This document shows, piece by piece, positions 38,364-47,100 of a DNA stretch of 64,000 nucleotides (its first letter is position 1; the number at the start of each line of letters is the position of its first letter). The stretch covers positions 124,001 through 188,000 of the forward strand of contig OY253682.1 in assembly GCA_958009085.1 (NCBI GenBank), in the 5' to 3' direction. The notes below the pieces were generated by a model. That model was not told the origin of the DNA and made no database searches. It saw only the letters and a list, made by a program, of their open reading frames with translations. Both the position numbers and the translations under genes were made by a program. This DNA comes from Protoeuglena noctilucae (taxonomy: Eukaryota).

Positions 38364-39153
38364 AGTAACAAGAAGTAACAAGATGGGGAGCCGTGCGATG
38401 TGGGGATACAGTTATGTTGTGGTCGTAACATGCACAGCCTTGGGTCGCTTGAATCGTGAGAGCGAGGTGGCTGTGTGTGCGAGTTGAGTGGTGGGTGCGC
38501 AGGGGACAGGGCATGTAGTTGGCTTCCGAGGCGAGGGAGGTGTTGAAAAACACCGTAGTAGTTGGTGAAGACGAGTAGATCAAGGGTGCTTCACTGCTGG
38601 TCGTGGTGGCGACCACCGATGCACCCTGGGGGCGCCAAGGTGGGGCGGGTGTGGTGAGAGGAGGGGCTGTAGATGACACCAACTACTACATCAGTAACTA
38701 CTATGTCAGTTGCCATAAGGTGCTGTATTATATTGGGTGACACAGGTCAGCGACGCTGACGGCGGTAGCCTAAACGTTGTTTCGCCCTCCCTGGATGCGC
38801 GGCCGCCACCGTGACACGTCCATGCATGAAGGGGAGAGCCAGGTCGCTCTGGCCACCGCATCATGCCGCAGCCACCATGGAGAGACGGCCTGGCTCAGAG
38901 GGGTGGCAGGGGGGGGACACGAGGAGGCACATACAAAAGCCTCACCCAAAGGACGGGCAGCCCGGTCGCACTCACGTCACGGCGCGTCTTGCATCCGCAC
39001 CGTCCCACCGCGTCTCGCACCAACACCGCCATCCCTGAGTGTCCCTGAGTGCGCGAGAGGACACGGCAGCGATGAGAGACGTCCCAACCGGGCCACGAAT
39101 GCGACCCGCTGAGAGGCGGACACGCGACACGCTTGGATGTGCGTCGCGTGCGT

Positions 39154-39318
39154 GCGTGTGCGGCGCCTGATTTGCGCCTGCGACCCGACCCCCATGGTGA
39201 ATGTCAGTACCAGTGGGGGCGCGCAGGCACATGCTTAGGGCGCCGCGAGTGCGTCTGCGGTGCCCTGATTAGCGGCCGTCACGGGCCGAGGCCTCGGGCC
39301 GCGCGATTTTCGGCACCG
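39154..39318 (-). ncRNA. Box H/ACA snoRNA, two hairpins; 5' pocket fits LSU CUUGAUU-U-UGAUUUUC, 3' pocket orphan
   Basis: Stems CGGUGCC/GGCACCG and GCGGCGCC/GGCGCCGC; pocket GAAAAUC...AAUCAG 14 nt from AGA; terminal ACA at 39157-39159. Confidence 0.75.
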
Positions 39319-39479
39319 GAAGGGGCGTGGGGCAAAGTTGGCGACAAAGGGGATAGCCCAGATGACGACAGCACAGCAAACCTAGTTGCAAATGGTGAGC
39401 CGGCATGGTAACAACCGTGAGCCCTAACCGCGCATGACACGAACACCTTCATGCACAAAACAACCCATAAAACCCAAAA

Positions 39480-39583
39480 CCCTCGAGGCCTCAGACCCTT
39501 AGATTCGCCATCAGATTGCGCTCAGGTGCACTTTCGAGCTCTTAGGTCTAGCGTGCGGGTTTTTTCATCAGCGGCCTCGAGGG
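39480..39583 (-). ncRNA. Box C/D snoRNA; D guide AUCUAAGGGU fits 18S GCCCUUAGAU
   Basis: 11-bp terminal stem CCCUCGAGGCC/GGCCUCGAGGG; C box UGAUGA (39565-39570), D' CUGA (39522-39525), D CUGA (39491-39494). Confidence 0.85.
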
Positions 39584-39917
39584 TGGGGGTGGGGGTGGGG
39601 TGGAAAGGAAGGTGGGGGTGTGGGGGGCTGGGCTATGTAACTCATCTGAGCAATGCATGGCATGCTGCGGCCACCGACTTGCATAACATGATGTGTCTCA
39701 CCTGGGGCGGCTGGGGTGGCTGGGCAGCTTGATGGTGAGCTTCAAGTTAGGCAGCTTGGCGTGCGCCACCACTGTAGCAGTGGAGCTGGGCCTCTTGCCT
39801 GAGTTGATGCCTGCACCTGGGGGAGGGAGGGACAAAGGAGCGTTGCTTTCTCAAGCGCAGCAGTGTGCTCGCGACAGGCCGAGCGCGGCTGGGCGCAACT
39901 GGGCTAGGATGCGCGTG

Positions 39918-40073
39918 GCGTGTGCAGCCATCAATTCGCCGGCCCTCAGGGGGATCGGGCAGGCGACTCAACAGGCCCGCTTGGATGTATGCCCTATGGG
40001 GCCCCCACTGGCGCAAGGGCGGCCCCAAAGATGCCGCCTTGGGGACGCCGGCGCCGTGGGGGAAGTACGGGCA
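39918..40073 (-). ncRNA. Box H/ACA snoRNA; 3' pocket is snR36/SNORA36-like (18S UUAAUU-U-GACUCAACA), 5' pocket fits 18S GGGGC-U-CGAAG
   Basis: Pockets UGUUGAGU...AAUUGA and CUUC...GCCCC, each 13-14 nt from an ACA; terminal ACA at 39921-39923. Confidence 0.8.
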
Positions 40074-40220
40074 GTTTGGCGACTTAGCGCAGAAACAAGA
40101 GAGCATTCGAAAGCAAATGGCAGTGGAAAGCGGAGGCGAGAAGGAGGTAGGTGGGGAAGCTGCAGCATGGCGGCATGCGTGGGATCCATGATATACAAGA
40201 GTGGGAAACAAAACACGGCC

Positions 40221-40320
40221 CCGTGCTCGGCGCTTCTTAGAGGGTATACTTTTTTTGATCCCCACGGGCCGGAGCCCACTCGGAGGATTGACAGATAAAA
40301 AGTGGGTCGTCACGGCACGG
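40221..40320 (-). ncRNA. Dual-guide box C/D snoRNA (U61/SNORD61-like D guide plus snoR14-like D' guide)
   Basis: Stem CCGUGC/GCACGG; C box GUGACGA; D' guide AUCUGUCAAUCCU+CCGA (18S AGGAUUGACAGAU); D guide CCCUCUAAGAAGC-G+CCGA (18S GCUUCUUAGAGGG). Confidence 0.9.
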
Positions 40321-40363
40321 GGCTTGGGGTGAAGGCGGAACAGGCAAACGAGGTGTCAACAAA

Positions 40364-40449
40364 GGCTCTCGGGAAGGACCCATTTCCAAATCACTCGGGT
40401 CATACGGCACTTCCTATACAGCGTAAAGGGTTTCTCTCGTCCTCGAGCC
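40364..40449 (-). ncRNA. U49: Box C/D snoRNA U49 (SNORD49) homolog
   Basis: Stem GGCUC/GAGCC; C box AGGACGA; signature guide AUAGGAAGUGCCGU followed by D' AUGA; D box CCGA. Confidence 0.85.
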
Positions 40450-40660
40450 GCGGGCGCGCAGGGACAGGGGTTTGCAACTGGAAAGGATGCACTCAGGGAA
40501 ACAGGACCCGCGTGCTGCTTGACCCCAGTGGGTGGCTCACCTGACGCTGGCGTAGTGAGTGAAATTCGGACCCTTGACATCGACCGTGGCAGCTCGAGAT
40601 GGTAGACGGTAGGCATGCTCAGCGTCCGCCTGTCAGCTACGTCCTGCGTGGGAGAAATAC

Positions 40661-40802
40661 AGATGTCATGGCTGATAACGGCACTGGCAACAGCCACGGC
40701 GGGGCTTGGCCAGCTTCCTGGGCCAAGGGGTTTGGTCTGCGCAATTTTCTGGACTCCCTGTGTCATCAGCCGGGGCCTGCACAGGTCGTGGCAAAACTGC
40801 GC
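40661..40802 (-). ncRNA. Box H/ACA snoRNA candidate, possibly U65/snR34/snoR2-related
   Basis: Hairpin GCGCAGUUUU/AAAAUUGCGC, canonical H box AGACCA (40733-40738), 3' stem CGUGGCUG/CAGCCAUG then ACA; CAAGC, GCCAG and GUUAUC are complementary to LSU GAUAACUGGCUUG. Confidence 0.6.
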
Positions 40803-40837
40803 GCGAGAACCGCTGTTGCGGCGCTCCCCACCTAGCA

Positions 40838-40924
40838 ACATCTCGACCAAAAGAGGGCGAGCGGCGGTCGATCCACTGCACGTGCCTGCGGCGAGTTGAA
40901 GAGCGAGGCTCTTCATCCCGATGT
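40838..40924 (-). ncRNA. Orphan box C/D snoRNA candidate
   Basis: Stem ACAUC/GAUGU; C-like GGGAUGA; D-like UCGA; no convincing target recognised. Confidence 0.45.
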
Positions 40925-40958
40925 CCCCGCGCGAGCGCGAGATTGAAAGGAGATGTTG

Positions 40959-41096
40959 AGATGTCTGCGGTGCTTGACACCGGCGGGGCCACGGACGGGG
41001 CAACGCCAGCAACACGACTGCAAAAAAGCTCTCGCACACGAGACAGGGACACGTGCCCTACGGCGAAGCGGCCGTGCCCGGGGTGAGGATGTGTGC
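40959..41096 (-). ncRNA. Box H/ACA snoRNA; 3' pocket snR35/SNORA13-like (18S UUUGAC-U-CAACACG), 5' pocket fits 18S AGACA-U-AGUGAGGAU
   Basis: Pockets CGUGUU...GUCAAG 14 nt from ACA (40962-40964) and AUCCUCAC...UGUCU about 14 nt from AGA (41030-41032). Confidence 0.85.
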
Positions 41097-41269
41097 TGCG
41101 CCGGCGCCGGCGGGCGGAGCGAGGCGCGGGGGGCGCCGGAGCGGCGCACACGCACCTGGGACGATTCCGGTCCACGTCACCCCTGCTGGCGCCGCCTGCG
41201 GGGGCCGGGGAGGCCGGAAGAGGTCGCATCGGTATGAAAAGAGATTGAACTTTCCACTCCCATGAGAGG

Positions 41270-41412
41270 AAGTGTACCAGCGAGACAGGTCAGTGCGCAC
41301 CCACGAAAAGCGGCGTGCACTGGTTTTTGATCTGGTTTCCTGCTCTAAGCCCCCACTGACAGCGCGCCGCAGATTGCGGTCTGCGGACGCCAACGCCTCT
41401 AAATAGGGGCTA
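41270..41412 (-). ncRNA. Box H/ACA snoRNA domain; 3' pocket snR42-like (LSU GAGACAGGU-U-AGUUUU), 5' pocket fits LSU AUGAC-U-GAACGCCUCUAA
   Basis: Stem AGCCCC/GGGGCU, H box AGAGCA (41341-41346), stem ACCAG/CUGGU then ACA (41273-41275); pocket spacing 14-15 nt. Confidence 0.85.
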
Positions 41413-41821
41413 GCGTCTCCCGGCCTCGGCCGGCGGCAGGGACGGCCCACCGGCCGCCGCCGGCCCCGGGACTCGCACCGACGGCGCGGCGGGTCCCCGG
41501 CGCCGGTCCCTGCCTAAGACGATGTTCATCAAACGCATCGCACGCCGGGCATCTCTGAAGGGCGGCTGCCTCACCTCTTTGGCGCTCCGAGGCCCGCCGA
41601 CATCACGGGCGGGGCCCGCGACGGGCTCGGACGACGCTCATGATTAGGGACTTCAGGTAACCCCGCGTGGCGGGCTCTCAAGGGGGGGCGACCGATGACA
41701 CGGCCAGCCTGGCGAGGGTATTCCCCGCAGCCTACCCTCAGCGCGCGGGCGCTTAGCCCCGCTCGCCCGCTCCCGACCCCCCTTTCCAAACCCAACGGGT
41801 AGGCGCCGTCCGCTGGGAGAG

Positions 41822-43183
41822 ATGGATCAGACCGAGAGGGCCTACCAAAAGCAGGTGGGCGGCGGGCCCAGGGATGCTCGGGGGCGCCCCGAGAGCCGCT
41901 CCCGGGGGATCGCGGCGACGAATGCGCCGAGGCGACCCTCCTCCACCCGCAGGTGGGGGTGAACGTGGGCTTCCGCAAGCCCACGAAGAGGGTGCCGGGC
42001 AAGTATGGCCTGAGGTACTACAAGAACGTGGGGCTGGGCTTCTCTACGCCCAAGGAGGCCATCGAAGGTGGGGCGCGCGTCACCGTGGCGCCGGCGTCGC
42101 GCTGGGTCCCCGGTCCTGGCGCCTGTCGCTCCGCGCCGGTTTTCGATGGTGCCTTGCGGTTTCTTTACCTTATTCGCCTCCCAGCGTATCTCCTTGAGCG
42201 CTCTGGGACGCGCGCCGGGCCCTGGACGAGGCCAGAGCGCTTCCAGGGTCCGGGCATGCCCGGCAGGCCCATTTGGTTGCCCGTGCAGCCGCCAGGATGC
42301 ACTGGGGATGCCGCGGTCTGCTCGGGCGGCCCGACTTGCGACCTGGGGGGCCGGAGGACGGCCACGGCCATCCCACGCGTCCCTGGCCCGCTGCTGGGAT
42401 TTCCTGGCCTGTTGTCAGGGGTTTGGCCGCTCCCCGAATGACCTTACTTGTCGTTTGTCCCGAGACCATGCGCGGCGCCCCGTGTCCGCGGCTTTGAGGC
42501 GCAGGGAGTCTCGCCGTAGGCTGGCCAGCCGACCGGCTCTGTGGCTGCGCGACTTTCGCGCCGGTGCTCGCATCGCCGTGCTCCCTGACCTTCGCTGTGC
42601 GCCTCACGTATCTGGACGCCGCTGCGTGCCCCCCGCAGGGAAGTACATCGACAAGAAGTGCCCCTTCACCGGCAACGTGTCCATCCGCGGCCGCATCATG
42701 ACGGGGGTGGTCAAGTCGACCAAGATGAACCGCACCATCATCGTGAAGAGGTGCGGGCGCGCGGGGCCGCCCGGCCACGGCGACGGCCGGGGCTCTTGGG
42801 GCGCTGCGAGGGCTGCGAGCGTCGGCTGACCTCTCTCCGACCACCGCGCACCTGCCTTCGCACCGCAGGGAGTATTTCCACTTCGTCCGGAAGTACCAGC
42901 GGTACGAGAAGCGCCACTCCAACACCCCCGCGCACGTCTCGCCGTGTTTCCGTGTGCGTGAGGGCGACACGGTCACCATCGGGGAGTGCCGGCCGCTGTC
43001 CAAGGTGCGTCTTTGCATCTGCTGCGCAGTTCCGGTCACCGGCCGGAGCTCCAGGAGCGCACGGACGCTGCACATGCATGCATCGACCGCTCTCCGGTGT
43101 CGTGGCTCCCGCAGACGGTCCGCTTCAACGTGCTCCGCGTGACGCCCGCCTCGGGCGCCAAGAAGGGCTTCTCCGGCTTCTGA
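41822..43183 (+). CDS. RPS11: 40S ribosomal protein S11 (uS17), 5 exons
   Basis: [11 protein letters not shown]|...[38 protein letters not shown]...|...[31 protein letters not shown]...F then TGA. Confidence 0.97.
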
Positions 43184-44117
43184 AGACGCCGCCGTGGCGT
43201 CGCCGGCGCGCCGGCCTGCAGGCCGCGAGTGCACGCGGCGCGCCGTGGTCGGTCGCTGCAGCGGCCTGCGGCAGGCCTCGCCGGCGCGCGTCCCTGCGCG
43301 CGGTCGTGCCAATCCACGACGTCCTCTCCCCGGGCGCCGTTTCGCTGGTCCGTTCTTGCCCTGCGCTCCTAGCACCGTCTTGAACTCATGTGCCGACTTG
43401 GCAGGCTCAAGACACGAGTGTCCGTCCTCGCCGTGTGGTGTGGGACTGCTTGAGGATGGAGAGCTGGCGCCTGCGCCGTTTATGAGCCGGGTGCAACTTG
43501 GCAGACACATCCTGGGGCAGCACAGGCTCTTACCAGAGCCTGGTAAGCGGCACATGACCCACAACCGATGGAATTGATGACAGCGATCGCAAAGAGGTTG
43601 CAGAACCGCATCTGTCGAGCTCCGGCGGTGCAGGGCTGCCCCACACACTTGCACGCTCCCCAGCAGCCCACAGGCTTCGACGCTCGGCGTCTGCAGCGCC
43701 CATACGTTCCGTAATCGTCGTATCTTGCACATGATAGCTGGCTGAGCGTCAGCCGACCGGTGGATGTGCCGCGCTTTCAACCACGCGCAGCGCTTCGTGC
43801 GGCCCTGGCTCCGGCGGTGCCTTTATTGCGGACTTGTCTAGTCTACGAGAGCGCTGTTACATAAGCTTGGTGAGCGCGTCGAAGGCCGTGTCGCTTGCTG
43901 CTGCTTCAGCGTCGAGGGCCCTCCACGTAGGGCGCCCAGGAGAGCCCCTGCCCCTCCCTACGAGGCCTGCATCGATCGCGCATGAATCGCGATAGCTTTT
44001 TTGTACATTTGCAGGTTGCGAGGGCAGGACGACTGCCCACCTCGCGCGCTACCCCAGCCGCGGGCCCCCGTCTCGCGCTCGGTTGAGCCTGATGGCCCCC
44101 GCGCGGCGTCGGGCGGC

Positions 44118-47100
44118 ATGACCGGCATGCAGCAGGGCGCGGATTCGGGCCCACCGGCCCTTGAACTGGAGTACGTGGCGGGTCTCACGGCCCACAGCGC
44201 GGGATGCGTGGCGCTCCACCCCTCTACCAGGTACGACCCTTTCGTTTGCAGCGCTGGGGCCTTCGCTAGCTTCCCATCCCGCGGCGCTCGGCCTCTGCGT
44301 AGGTTTTAAAAACGCTCGTTCCGCACCGCAGCCTCCTGGCCTTCACGGCCGGCACCGTCGTGGTCCTATACGATTGGCGCGCTGACCACCAGCGGGCCTT
44401 CCTGCAGTCACCGGAGGGGCTGTCCGTGGCTTGCGTGGCCTTCTCCAGCGACGGGAGGCACCTCGCGGCGGGCCTCGTCGGGTCAGCGCCGTCCGTGCCC
44501 GTCTGGGATGTCGCGACAGGCGAGCAGATGGCCCGTGTGCATACATGCATGCAGTGGGAACGTGCTGGGCCGTGTGCCGTGCGTCAAGGGCCACGAGCGC
44601 CGCGTATAGTCCCATCGAACACAGCGCTCGTGGCTCCCCCGCACACTATCCCGCGCACTCGCTTGCCCCCAACACGCACGAACAACAGACGCCCCACGTC
44701 GCTGTGCCGTGGTCGCAGGGGAGTTGATGGTGGAGCTGCACGGCCACGCCCACAGGCGAGTGACCCGCAATCTATGTCGTGTTTACAAGAACCCGCTTGC
44801 ATCGCCACGCGGCCGGCACGGTGCGCTTTCAGGTCACCCACCCATATTGCGTGCCCCTCCACGCCACGCAAGCAGCACCCGCCCCTGCTTATCCCCGCAG
44901 CGTGCGCCACGTCGCCTTCTCGGCGAACGACGCCTATCTGCTGACGGTGGGCACCAAACAGGACGGCACGGTCGCAGTGTGGAACTGGCGATCCGGCACA
45001 CGCCTCGCATCGTACCGCCCGCCCTTCCCCGTCAAGTGAGAGCCCACGCGGGCAATGCGGCAATGGATTCGACACCCTCTGCTAACATGGGTCGATAACC
45101 CGAGACCTCGTCTACTTGACACGCTTGTTGCTGTGCATGTACAGCAGGCCGCCACGCCTCCCTTGCACACCATTCCACCAACGCCCTCACCACCACCTCA
45201 CCTCTCGCAACCGACCCATCCCGCACAGGTGCGCGACGTTCGTGCCCTTTGCCGGCGTGGACGCCAACCCCGTGCAGTTCGTGCTGGGGGGCCGCGGACG
45301 TGCTGTGCTGTGCCACGTGGGGATCAACGGTGCAGTCACGGAGGCCCCCGTCAAGACAGGGAGCGTGTCGTTCAAGGCTGTAGGTGCGGCGGGGTGTGTG
45401 GTGCAATCCTGTCACCTTTATTGCGCTCTTGTGCAGGAGACTCACTGGGAGGCTCTGGGCTCACCACTGCACCGTACCACCCCAGTACCACTCCTGTACC
45501 ACCCCTGCACCACCCCTGCACTGTACCACCCCACCACCACCATACCACCCCTGCACCACTCCACCCCACCACCACCCCATACCCCCCCGCAGTGGGCGCC
45601 GCCCGAGCCCTCCCAGCCCCGCCGACCCCGAGTGACTCTTTGGACGCCGCTCAGACCTTCTCGTGCTACTTGGCCACTACGGAGGGCACTCTGCTGGCCC
45701 TGAAGCCCTCTGCGACCGCCACGAGCAAGTGGGTGCGGCTGAAGGCCCCCAGGGCGATGTGCGTAGTTGCTTCGGCCACGGTGGTGGCCTGTGGATGCGC
45801 CGGGGGGGTCGTGAGGCTGTTCCGGGCCAACACGCTGCAGTACCTGGTGAGATGGGGATGAGTTCAGCAGACACTGGTGTCGGGGCACACACAGGCATCT
45901 CGCACGCACGCACGCACCCTCCGTTCTCAATACACCCAAAATCTCACCCACACACACCAACCCTCCCCTCCCCCTCTGCAGACCAGCCTCCCCCGTCCCT
46001 CCGACGACCCCTCGGTCCCCGTGGCCCGCCTAGAGACCCTGGATGGCTCCAAGGGAGGGACCAACGCCGCAGACGCACCGGACGTCGTGGCCCTGTCATT
46101 CGGCCGAACGGGGGGCGATTCTGACACCGACCCTGGCACCAACTCTGGCACCAACTCTAACATGGGGACTGGCACCCATTCAAGCGCCGGCTCTGGCGCG
46201 TTCCTGGCGGCGGCGTACGCCGACCGTAGCGTGCGTGTGTGGGACGTCTCTGCGTTGCCAACCGCCTCGCTGTTGCGTGTTATCCCCGGTCACGCGGGTG
46301 GGGTGTGGGGCGTGGCGTGCCAGCCTGGGTGGACGGCCAACGGCGGTTGCCGGGTAGCTACGTGCGCGGCAGACGGGACGCTGCGGCTGTGGGAGCTGGG
46401 ACCCGGGCCTGGGGGAGCTGGGGCGGGAATGGGGGCGGCGTGGCACATGCGGCCGGCGGGGGTGGTGGTGGCGAGCACGGGGGCGCTGGAGCTGTCGCGG
46501 GGGTCGCGGGGGTCGTGGGAGGGGCGAGGGACGGCGCCGGCGCTGGGGATGCGCGCGCTGGGGTGAGCGAGGGGGGTGGCGGAGGATGTGGGTGTGCTGT
46601 TGCATGACACAAATGGCACATCTGCATGCATGCACCTACTCATTCGCACATTGACGCACCGCAACCCCCGCTGCCACCCCCACTGCCATCCCCACTGCCA
46701 CCCCCACCCCAACCCTCACCCCCACTTCCACCCCTCACCCCCACTCCTCCCCTCAGTTGGTCCCCCCGCGGCGACCAGGTGGCCCTCGGCGACACGGGCG
46801 GCAACTTGCACGTGGTCGACCTGACTCATGGCGCCAGACGCGTGACTCATCTGCTGGCCCACGACGACGCGGTGTTGGGGGTCGACTTCGACAGTGACCC
46901 TGGGATCGACCCGAACCGGCCGGCGCTCGCGGTGAGCTCGCAGTTAGGGGGTATGAAGATGGGGTTGATGTGATTTGATGGGTTTGAAAGGGAACTCATT
47001 GAGTGTGAGTGATGCTAGTGTCGGTGGGCAAGGGTGCTGTGGGGTGGTGTTTCTCTCCACACCACACCACTACCCCCTCTCTCCCCAGCCTACCACCCAC

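Larger units (their letters stand above)
39000..41700 (-). ncRNA. Putative spliced snoRNA host gene, divergent from RPS11; ends approximate
   Basis: Candidate exons ~41575-41700, 41156-41195, 40541-40643, 39702-39816 and from 39108 down, bounded by YAG|...|GTG(A/C)G; all snoRNA candidates lie in the introns; first-exon ATGs stop within 15 codons. Confidence 0.65.

Noticed and set aside
38770..38900. Further snoRNA at the distal end of the host (hairpin GAGCCAGG/CCUGGCUC)
   Set aside because: No correctly placed H, ACA, C or D box and no recognisable guide
39689..39740. Extra H/ACA hairpin CUCACC/GGUGAG followed by ACA
   Set aside because: No upper stem or target found; GGUGAG is the donor of a host exon
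41345..41480. RNase MRP RNA (GAGUCCCCGG and GGGGCUUA resemble the P4 strands)
   Set aside because: GGGGCU is better explained as the H/ACA lower stem before a canonical H box, GUCCCCGG has a local partner, and the conserved GAAAG context is absent
42170..43780. 536-aa minus-strand ORF
   Set aside because: Antisense to RPS11 exons and introns, no motifs; long ORFs arise by chance at this GC content
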